Of a stretch of 64,000 bases of DNA, positions 37,368 to 45,339 are shown piece after piece. The notes beneath the pieces were generated by a model. It made no database searches. It worked only from the letters and a program-made list of their open reading frames with translations, and was not told the DNA's origin. Location of the stretch: positions 6,324-70,323 of the IMG/VR virus record IMGVR_UViG_3300036939_000034, one strand, 5' to 3'. Within the stretch, counting starts at the first letter, position 1; every line of letters begins with the position of its first letter. The DNA is from a virus. The translations under genes and the position numbers were made by a program.

Positions 37368-38864
37368 GTGCTAGTCAGAAGCGCGATGCAAGATGGTTTG
37401 AAGTGGTTCGAGATATTTAGATCGGGAAAGCGAACCTCGTCCAATGGGGTCACTCGCGATTATTCTCTTTCAGATTTAGATCAGGCTGTCGAAACTTACA
37501 ATCCCGACAACTTCAAAGCTCCCCTGATTGTCAGCTATCCAGCGCATCACACTGGGAGCTACTCAGACAGGGATTTGCACAAGAGTCAGATAGCCTTCGG
37601 CTACCCAGAAAAGCTTAAACGAGTGGGCGATAGGCTCATGGGCGGATTCAAGAAAATCTCCCCAAAAATAGGGGAATGGATTCGCGATGGAGGAATTCTA
37701 GGTTTCAGCGCAAGCTTCTACCTTCCTAACTCTCTCTTCAATCCCTATCCAGGGAATTTGGCACTACGTCACGTTGCGGCTTGCGGGGTGGACCCTCCAG
37801 CCGTCAAGGGGATGAGTTTGCCCGATGACTTTACTGAATTAAATGAACTTGACCCGATTAGGGTTTCTTTTGAGCGGATCTATTCCCTTGAAGAATTTGC
37901 GGATTATGCGGAAGACCAAGACGATACGGTTGAATTTGGTCTAGAGGCAGAAGCCGACGATGAAACGATTGAGAATGCACGAATCGGGGTCAGGGTCTGG
38001 CAGGCTCTGAAGATGGTTGCTGAGCGTTGTCGAAGCAATGTTGCGAGTTTTTCTCCTGACAGCTCCTTTATGGCAATGGGGGACGGTTCTACTCCTATTG
38101 CTTCCTTATTTAAAGACTTCTACCAAAGAAGTCGCGATCGCTTCATCGAAGAGAAAGGCGTAGAGGAAGCCGATAAGATTTACCCCACCTACGTCCTCGA
38201 TCAGCTTGCCGTGGTAACTTCCCAGCCTTCCCCCAGTTTCGCGACTTGGGAGGATGTTTCGCGCCTGCAATCCCAGATCGACCGCTTGAGCTTTCAACTT
38301 CGCTCTGGCGAGGGTGAGGAAGGAGGGAGTGAGGACAATCTGGGGGAATTTTTGAACGATTACAGCGAGGAGGAAGAGGAATCTATGGGAGTCGATGAAG
38401 CAGAATTTGAGGAGATGAAAGAACGCCAAGGCGACCTAGAGACAAAGGTAAGACTACTGACGCTTGAAAACCAACGCTTAACCCAAGAGCGGGAAAATGA
38501 TCGAGTCACTGCTTTTTGTGAACAACTGGTGCGCGATCGCAAACTACTCCCCACACAGAAAGATCGGGAAGTTCGCTTCATCCTTTCTTTGGATAACAAC
38601 AACACTGCCGACTACGGCGAAGAAGGAGAGCTTACTCCTCGTGTCGCCTACATGAATAAGCTGTCTGGCGGACGGGAACTCTGGTCAAACAAGCAAATGC
38701 CGATTGGGCCTGAAGATGCCCCAGCTTTTACCGAAAAAGCTCCCAATGGTTTCGATGCCAGAAGCACTGCCCAGAATCGGCAAATCCAAGCTTACGCCAA
38801 GGAACACAACCTTGAATTCACTGAAGCCTTGGATGCCCTTATTGAATCGGGAGCGTTGAGATAA
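37368..38864 (+). CDS. Prohead protease/scaffold (Mu I-like)
   Basis: EIFRSG, APLIV, SASFYLP, LRHVAACGVDPPAVKGM; acidic coiled-coil C-terminus. Confidence 0.85.
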   Translation: MLVRSAMQDGLKWFEIFRSGKRTSSNGVTRDYSLSDLDQAVETYNPDNFKAPLIVSYPAHHTGSYSDRDLHKSQIAFGYPEKLKRVGDRLMGGFKKISPKIGEWIRDGGILGFSASFYLPNSLFNPYPGNLALRHVAACGVDPPAVKGMSLPDDFTELNELDPIRVSFERIYSLEEFADYAEDQDDTVEFGLEAEADDETIENARIGVRVWQALKMVAERCRSNVASFSPDSSFMAMGDGSTPIASLFKDFYQRSRDRFIEEKGVEEADKIYPTYVLDQLAVVTSQPSPSFATWEDVSRLQSQIDRLSFQLRSGEGEEGGSEDNLGEFLNDYSEEEEESMGVDEAEFEEMKERQGDLETKVRLLTLENQRLTQERENDRVTAFCEQLVRDRKLLPTQKDREVRFILSLDNNNTADYGEEGELTPRVAYMNKLSGGRELWSNKQMPIGPEDAPAFTEKAPNGFDARSTAQNRQIQAYAKEHNLEFTEALDALIESGALR

Positions 38865-39214
38865 TGGCAATTAAACAATCAGTTGTAAACCTCAATATTG
38901 TTGCTGCGAGTGCGATCACAAAGAAGCGTTTTATCAGTCGCACCGGGGCACAGGCTACAGCCGGTCAAAACACTATCGGCGTCTGTGACTACACGGTTGC
39001 TCCTGGGGAAACTGCGCTCTGCGATCACCTAGGCGTAACGATGGTGGAGGTAGGGGCGGCTATTCCTGCCAACGCCACTGAGCGACGATTACAAACCGAC
39101 GCCGATGGGAAAGCGGTTCCCTTTACGACGGGGCCAGCTGTTGCTCTATTACTGCCCAGTGAATCAGCAAATGCAGCAGGGCAACTCATCAGCGTAATTT
39201 TGATACCGAACTAG
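38864..39214 (+). CDS. Capsid cement/decoration protein (DUF2190-like)
   Basis: VEVGAAI, DADGKAV, AAGQLISV; between protease and capsid genes. Confidence 0.75.
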   Translation: MAIKQSVVNLNIVAASAITKKRFISRTGAQATAGQNTIGVCDYTVAPGETALCDHLGVTMVEVGAAIPANATERRLQTDADGKAVPFTTGPAVALLLPSESANAAGQLISVILIPN

Positions 39215-39219
39215 GGGGG

Positions 39220-40224
39220 TTGATGGTAGTAGAGTTTGCCCATGAGGGGATGAACAGGCTGGAGGTTAAGGCTGGGTACAATATGGTACTCAGTACTTAT
39301 GCCACTGGCTACACCAACGCTGAATTTAAAGGGCGCTATCTTTCCCCGTTTGCAGAAGTTCCAGCCCGTTCTGGAAGCGTCATTCAGTTTGATGATTCAG
39401 CTTTCGATCCTGCCGAAGACGATCGCGCCGATGGCGGACCGTTTAACGAAATTCAAGACGGCTACGAAGGGCACCCCTTCAGCCTGAGGAACAAAGGACT
39501 TGCCTACAAGGTTCCTCTCGAGCATGAGGAGGAAGCGGCAACTGCCAACATTAACTTAGGGAAGCGGGCTAGTAATTCATTGATGCGTCGCTCTGCTCTC
39601 AATATCGAGCTGGAGCAAGCCCGAATGGCTCGGAATCCCGCCAACTACAACGGGTTGGTAACCGCTCTCTCTGGTGGCAGCCAGTTCAACGACCAGGGTT
39701 CACGACCTGACCAAGCTATTGAAACTGCCAAGCTTGCGATCGTATCCCGTACCGGACATAAACCAAACGTGATTCTTGGCGGCGAACAAGTAGTGAGCGC
39801 TCTAAGAACTCATCCGTTAGTCCGCGCCAACTTCCAACCCACCTCATCAATGGCAATTAACGATGAGATGCTGGCTCAATATTTTAATGTGTCTCGCTTT
39901 GTCTCTGCTGAAGCAGTCTGGCGAAACAAAGCAACGGGAGCTAAAGGATTCATCTGGGGAAAAGACTTGATCCTTGCCTACGTCAACCCCAAAGCTTTTG
40001 AGGGTGATGCAGACGGACGAATCCCTTACACCGTCAATAACGACATTGATCGCATGACTGAACCCAGCAAATTTTACACCTATGTATTGAAAGGGGTTCC
40101 CAAAGTTTCCAATGCCTTCTGGTGGGAAATGAACGACTCTTGGTATTACAAGATTCGTTTTGAACGTGACCATCATGTAACGGGAATGGATTCTGGCTAT
40201 TTAATCCAAAATGCGATCGCGTAA
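39220..40224 (+). CDS. Major capsid protein
   Basis: ATGYTNAEF, FIWGKDLILAYV, GYLIQNAIA; size and position. Confidence 0.85.
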   Translation: MMVVEFAHEGMNRLEVKAGYNMVLSTYATGYTNAEFKGRYLSPFAEVPARSGSVIQFDDSAFDPAEDDRADGGPFNEIQDGYEGHPFSLRNKGLAYKVPLEHEEEAATANINLGKRASNSLMRRSALNIELEQARMARNPANYNGLVTALSGGSQFNDQGSRPDQAIETAKLAIVSRTGHKPNVILGGEQVVSALRTHPLVRANFQPTSSMAINDEMLAQYFNVSRFVSAEAVWRNKATGAKGFIWGKDLILAYVNPKAFEGDADGRIPYTVNNDIDRMTEPSKFYTYVLKGVPKVSNAFWWEMNDSWYYKIRFERDHHVTGMDSGYLIQNAIA

Positions 40225-40275
40225 GCGCTGCCACCAAAGCAGATCGCGTAGTTTGCGTTTTTAGAAGAGGACAAA

Positions 40276-40680
40276 ATGCCGAAATATTCAGTAATTGAAT
40301 CAGTTAACCACAACCTCAAGGACTACGCCCCAGGCGACACCTTAGAGCTTGAGGAAAGCCAAGCCAAGCCACTGCTAGAGCTGGGGAAAATCAAGGAGCC
40401 GTTTGGGTCAAGAGAATCCACGCTCCCCCCCACGCAGCCCGTAGGAGGAGGAGTCAGCCCAACACCTGAAGCTGATTTGCTTCAGAACCCAATATCCCGT
40501 GCCGAGCGCGAAGCTCAATTAAGGGAACTATTTGCAACTCAAGGCTGGAAAGGCATCCAACCGATTGCCCAAGAACACGGCATTCCGAAGCCGCCTAAAG
40601 GGTGGGATGAATGCATTCCGCTCATCTTAGAGAAAGAGTTTCCGCCTAACAATGAACCTCCCTTGACTATCACTCAATGA
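40276..40680 (+). CDS. Head-associated hypothetical protein
   Basis: HNLKDYAPGDTLEL..AKPLLELG, typical of genes following the capsid gene. Confidence 0.55.
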   Translation: MPKYSVIESVNHNLKDYAPGDTLELEESQAKPLLELGKIKEPFGSRESTLPPTQPVGGGVSPTPEADLLQNPISRAEREAQLRELFATQGWKGIQPIAQEHGIPKPPKGWDECIPLILEKEFPPNNEPPLTITQ

Positions 40681-41126
40681 ACTATGTCACTCCCTCGGAA
40701 ATGAAGTCTCTCTATAACGAAGAGACTTTAATTCAGGCTACTAACTACAATGACCCAAATACTGAGGCGATTAACGAGCCTCAGTTAGAGAGTGCCTGTG
40801 AGATGGGGAGTGCGATCGCAGACAGTTACCTCTCCTTGCTTCCCTTAGATCCAGCGCAGTTCAACGATCGCTTCAAGACGATGCTCAAAGTTCACTGTGC
40901 TCGCCTTGCTCTCGACTCCTTGGACGGTGCCAGTGCCGATCCACAGATTCGAGAACACGCTAAGGAGGCGCTGGAATGGCTCAAGGCGCTAACAAAGTTA
41001 GGGAAGGAAGAATTAAGAAATTTGGCAACCAATACCGACGAAACACCTGATGAGCTGCCTGTCGGTCTTTCTGTCCCTTCAGTTGGGTTTGTGGAAGAGG
41101 GGCGGCGCTGGGAGCTTAGTTTCTGA
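40677..41126 (+). CDS. Head-tail connector (Mu gp36/DUF1320-like)
   Basis: MNYVT, ADSYL, ALEWLKAL. Confidence 0.7.
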   Translation: MNYVTPSEMKSLYNEETLIQATNYNDPNTEAINEPQLESACEMGSAIADSYLSLLPLDPAQFNDRFKTMLKVHCARLALDSLDGASADPQIREHAKEALEWLKALTKLGKEELRNLATNTDETPDELPVGLSVPSVGFVEEGRRWELSF

Positions 41127-41815
41127 TGGAGTTTCAAACATTCGTTGCTCAATTACGTCGCTTTAACCCTCAACTCACTTCGACTCAAGCGAGGACAGTT
41201 TGGGAGGCGTTCCTTCCCTTCCCCCTCCAAGAAGCGATTGAGGAACAGATTGCTGTATTGAAAGCGCGATCGCTTAACCTAAACGGCGACCCTTACGGCA
41301 GCGAATCACGCACCCGTTCTCAGGCTCAACACTGGGTAGCCTACCAGGGTTCAAGTTATCCCGATGGGGGTAACACTCCATTCCCAGGGGAAGATTTTAG
41401 TCAACTTAGGGAACTGGAGTTTCAGCACTTTGTTGAGGTTGAAGACCTACGGCGAGATTGGGAACGGGCACTGCTACTGCACGAGCTAATTAAAGGACTG
41501 CTGGCGGGGTTCCGTCCGTGCCAAATCAAGGGAGTACGTGGGGCGCTGAGGTTGATGAGTGATGGGTTAATTAGTGCGCGTAGCGAGAACGAAACGGTGT
41601 ATCGCTACAAGGCAACGTACCAAATTAGCTGCATTTGGAAGCCTGCGGACATTCCCCGATTAATTAGGGTTGACCCAGACGCCGGAGACACGTTCATTCC
41701 TGAAGGGCTTGAGGTGGGGGTATTCCGATCGCCTGTCGAGGAAGTAGGGGAACTTTCCAGTCCAAAGTTTGCTGAGTTAAGAGTAGGGGAGGAAAATGGC
41801 ACTATTAGTCAATAA
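41126..41815 (+). CDS. Probable tail completion/terminator protein
   Basis: LLAGFRP motif, position before the sheath gene. Confidence 0.5.
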   Translation: MEFQTFVAQLRRFNPQLTSTQARTVWEAFLPFPLQEAIEEQIAVLKARSLNLNGDPYGSESRTRSQAQHWVAYQGSSYPDGGNTPFPGEDFSQLRELEFQHFVEVEDLRRDWERALLLHELIKGLLAGFRPCQIKGVRGALRLMSDGLISARSENETVYRYKATYQISCIWKPADIPRLIRVDPDAGDTFIPEGLEVGVFRSPVEEVGELSSPKFAELRVGEENGTISQ

Positions 41816-43310
41816 AGGTACGCCCGGATATGAGTTATTCGTTGACTCCGCCGGCCCGCAAATTCCAGTTGTCGCGGTCTACTCCCGTTGCTATCTGTTG
41901 GTTACGGCAACAGCGACTCTTGTTGACCCACTGGATTTTGCTGCCGTGGGTTCTATGGATGACTTTGTCAATTTATTTGGCTCATCCGAAGCCCTTATCC
42001 TTAATAGCGTTGAGAACTATTTAGAGAATTTCGATCAGGGGCTGTATGTGGCGCGAATTGTACCAGCGGCGATCGCAACCGTCACGATTGGCACCCTAAC
42101 CGCAGGCGCAACCTACACAATAACCATCAATGGAACCGCTATTCCCTTCGTACTTGACGCTACGCCAACAATGGCAGAAGCGGTTCTTGCCGCCATAACG
42201 GCTATCAACAACACCGAGGCAACTAACCTCGCCGTTGAAGCCGAGGCGAACCTGAACATGGACGGCACCCCCAATTACACCACTGGTGTGTTTCGCCTAC
42301 GCTCCAAAAATGGGCAAACCTTCACCGCCACTGGTAGCACCAATGTGACCGTGGGGGCTGTCACCACCCCTGCTACGCCTCAATACTGGGATTGGGTTGC
42401 TGCTTTTAAGGAAATTGCCAGACGATACGATGATGAAGCCTTGGGATTCCTCTGCGCCCCCCAGGCGTTTTACAACACGCTCAACCAGTTTGAGCGCACC
42501 CAAATTGGCAACAGCATGGCGGAACACGCCCGCACACTCCGTTGGGTCGCTTTAATTGACCCCCATAAACCCAGTGTCATCGATCACCCGCGCAAAGCCA
42601 AAGTTGACGCCGCAGGCTATGTTGCGCCACAAGGTCACGCCTATTACTCCTATCCCTATTTCATCGATCGAGACTCTGATTTTGTTGCACCTTCAACGGC
42701 GATCGCATCCGTGGGACTGAAGCGTTACTTTGAACAAGGTATCCAAGAGCCTCCCTGCGGGCCTCGCTGTGTCCTTAACGGAATTTCGGGTGTGGCGTAC
42801 AAGCTCGACAAAGCCCAAAAGATTGACCTGGCTGAAGCTAGGGTCAACATCAATATTTTTGAGCGGGGGCGGGGGGCGATGCCCTACGACGACTTGACCC
42901 GCTCGACTAATTCCGCATTTGAAGCAATTAACGGGGTTGTAATTCTCAACAGCTTTGTGGAAACAGCGGAAAGAACTTTTCGAGCGTCTGACCTCGTCCA
43001 CACCTCGGTAGATAGTCGCGGGAAGTTCTACCTCCAGGTTCAGTTACTGCTCACTGGAGTTTGTCAGCTCTTTTATGCTGCTGGTTGCCTGTATGGTATC
43101 CGCCCAGGGGATGCTTACCAGGTGGAATGCACAGCCGATATGCAAAACCCCACCAACTTGGAGCAACGCATCGTCCAAGCGCGGGTGTTCATAATCCCGG
43201 TGCCAACTGCTAGGAGGTTGCGGATCTATATTTATCGCGTAGCGATTGACCAGATGAATCAAGCGATCGCCATTGTCGGCGGAAGCACAAGAACACTTGC
43301 AGCCGCTTAA
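41796..43310 (+). CDS. Tail sheath protein
   Basis: TPG N-terminus, FVNLFG, YYSYPY, VAPS, YQVEC, PVPTARRL. Confidence 0.88.
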   Translation: MALLVNKGTPGYELFVDSAGPQIPVVAVYSRCYLLVTATATLVDPLDFAAVGSMDDFVNLFGSSEALILNSVENYLENFDQGLYVARIVPAAIATVTIGTLTAGATYTITINGTAIPFVLDATPTMAEAVLAAITAINNTEATNLAVEAEANLNMDGTPNYTTGVFRLRSKNGQTFTATGSTNVTVGAVTTPATPQYWDWVAAFKEIARRYDDEALGFLCAPQAFYNTLNQFERTQIGNSMAEHARTLRWVALIDPHKPSVIDHPRKAKVDAAGYVAPQGHAYYSYPYFIDRDSDFVAPSTAIASVGLKRYFEQGIQEPPCGPRCVLNGISGVAYKLDKAQKIDLAEARVNINIFERGRGAMPYDDLTRSTNSAFEAINGVVILNSFVETAERTFRASDLVHTSVDSRGKFYLQVQLLLTGVCQLFYAAGCLYGIRPGDAYQVECTADMQNPTNLEQRIVQARVFIIPVPTARRLRIYIYRVAIDQMNQAIAIVGGSTRTLAAA

Positions 43311-43322
43311 AGGAGGATAGCG

Positions 43323-43760
43323 ATGCCGACTAGTTACGATGCTGCGTCTGAATCAGAGTTTAGTGTTGCCCTGGGTGGGGACTTCGGGCAGTACTTCTTC
43401 ACCAAGTTTTCTGGTGGAGAGCGATCGCGTGATTCATCGAAGTACCCCTTGCCTGACCGAAACCAGATGACCTCAATCGTGGGCATGAGAAGTTATGGGG
43501 ATATCACCCTAGAGGTGGAATACGTTCCCGAAGTTCACGACGACCTAGACGCCAAGCTTTCCCGGTGGTGTGGGGAGAACTTACTCGTGCAAGTGACTCC
43601 TCTGAAACGCTGTAACATCAATCTGGAGCAGCGCGGAAGAATCCGAGTCTACACGGGTTGCAAGCCCAAGTCTGAAAAGCCGTCAGACGTTGATCGGGCT
43701 GGCAATCGTCCGTCCACCTACAGAATTGATTTCACCGTGCAGGACATGGAATATGCCTAA
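43323..43760 (+). CDS. Tail tube protein
   Basis: FTKFSGG, YGDITL, YTGC; follows the sheath gene. Confidence 0.75.
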   Translation: MPTSYDAASESEFSVALGGDFGQYFFTKFSGGERSRDSSKYPLPDRNQMTSIVGMRSYGDITLEVEYVPEVHDDLDAKLSRWCGENLLVQVTPLKRCNINLEQRGRIRVYTGCKPKSEKPSDVDRAGNRPSTYRIDFTVQDMEYA

Positions 43761-44400
43761 GGTCGAGCTGCTGCCTGAGAACTCTAATTCCGCTACTCCC
43801 TCATCTGACAACGGAACTCCACCTGAGCAAGGTTTAGTCACCTTTGAATTCGATCTAGAAGACGGCGGAACAGCTTCTTTTAGAATGCCCTTGGTGCAGG
43901 ACTTGATTGATATCGGGATTGCAACAGACAGGGAAGAGAACAACAAAATCGCTCGCACATTGAGTGAACTTTGCCTGCTCAACTGGAACGGCTCAAGGAC
44001 TATTCCTGAACAGATTGACGGTGCTGACGACAGTGAGCGCCTGTTGATCTTCCTAGAGCTTCTCGCTCCCCTCGTAGAGGTGTTCGACCCAGGCAAGGAA
44101 AAGCCCTACATAGAACACGCCGATCGCTCACGGGAAATAATCCTTGCAAACGGACACTCTTTCACACTGCGACGGCTAACAGTTAAAGAAAACCTTGTCC
44201 TAGAAGACGGCAAAATTGCCAGCACAGAACGCGCTTGTCGAATCGCCTCCAGTGCCTGTATTAGATGGTGGAAGGAACGCCCAATGATGCCTGGGGATTT
44301 GTACAGCCTGACGCTTGAAGACTACGGGAAGGTGTTCCAAACCCTCCGCTCCTTTCGTTACAAGCCAGCGGGTAAGGCTAGACGAAGAATCGTTTCTTGA
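43753..44400 (+). CDS. Tail assembly chaperone
   Basis: Position between tube and tape measure; start ATG 43753. Confidence 0.6.
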   Translation: MPKVELLPENSNSATPSSDNGTPPEQGLVTFEFDLEDGGTASFRMPLVQDLIDIGIATDREENNKIARTLSELCLLNWNGSRTIPEQIDGADDSERLLIFLELLAPLVEVFDPGKEKPYIEHADRSREIILANGHSFTLRRLTVKENLVLEDGKIASTERACRIASSACIRWWKERPMMPGDLYSLTLEDYGKVFQTLRSFRYKPAGKARRRIVS

Positions 44401-44545
44401 AGCTGTCTACTGCATCAACGGCAACAGCTTTCAAGGATGGCAAGGATACGAGGAGATGAATTGCGATCGCTTCCTCCAGATGGTCGAAATTCACAACCGA
44501 GCAGTAAAGCGTCAACAACAGGAAATAGAGAGAGGTAATAGGTGA
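44354..44545 (+). CDS. Probable frameshift extension of the tail chaperone (+1 frame)
   Basis: Overlapping +1 ORF without a good start; TCC TTT CGT at 44350-44358. Confidence 0.5.
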   Translation, partial: FVTSQRVRLDEESFLEAVYCINGNSFQGWQGYEEMNCDRFLQMVEIHNRAVKRQQQEIERGNR

Positions 44546-45339
44546 ACAACAAGGAAATCCAAGAACACCTGATCCGATTAAGGCTTCTTGACCCAAAAGC
44601 CGATGGGGCGTGGGGGGCACAAAGCAAGCTGGCTCTATCAGTTTTTCAGAAGCTTGCTGGCTTGACTGTAGACGGTGTGGCTTCTCCTCCTACATTGAAG
44701 GCGTTAGAAGAGTTTCCTTCTCCTCAATTGAAGCTTGGAAACGATTTTGCCTCTCGCGTCATTCGCTACATGGTGAGCAAAAACTACTGGGTGCCAGTAG
44801 GGGAGGGGGCTTACACAATTGTCTACGTGGAGGGTTGTGAGCCGAACGGAGTAGTCAACGCCGACGAGCCTAACGAGTGGAACGATCGCAGAATCGTAAT
44901 TGAAATCGAAGAACTCGTCCCCCGAATCGTCGGCAACTGGCAAGCGACCACAGAACCAGGCACCTACTACACGGAAAATCCACTCAATCCTAGGGGATGT
45001 GCTCGTATCGCATTTGGACAGTACCAAGCCTGGATTCAGGGCTATCACGGACGGAGTCAATATCCAGCATTGGAGCAAGCAGCCCCCGTCAAGATTTTCA
45101 GGGATGGGAATGCCGACTATACCCGTACCGGGGATTACTTCGAGGAAGGGGTATTTGGAATCAACCAACACCACGGGTGGAATTGCCCGTTGGTGGAGGA
45201 AAATAGCGCTGGTTGCCTCGTGGGGCAATCAATTGCTGGACATCAAGACTTCATCAAGTTACTGAGGGGCGATCGCCGTTACCGGGCGAATCCCGGATAT
45301 CTGTACTACACCGCCATCCTCGACGGCTCAAAACTCTAA
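44542..45339 (+). CDS. Peptidoglycan-binding domain + putative endolysin
   Basis: ADGAWGAQS..FQKLAGLTVDGV (PG-binding); ATTEPG, GINQHHG, SAGCLV. Confidence 0.8.
   Translation: MNNKEIQEHLIRLRLLDPKADGAWGAQSKLALSVFQKLAGLTVDGVASPPTLKALEEFPSPQLKLGNDFASRVIRYMVSKNYWVPVGEGAYTIVYVEGCEPNGVVNADEPNEWNDRRIVIEIEELVPRIVGNWQATTEPGTYYTENPLNPRGCARIAFGQYQAWIQGYHGRSQYPALEQAAPVKIFRDGNADYTRTGDYFEEGVFGINQHHGWNCPLVEENSAGCLVGQSIAGHQDFIKLLRGDRRYRANPGYLYYTAILDGSKL

Noticed and set aside
23792-43760. Transposable Mu-like lifestyle
   Set aside because: The virion genes are Mu-like, but no MuA/MuB is seen. A tyrosine integrase, attP and an O/DnaB-type replication module indicate site-specific integration.
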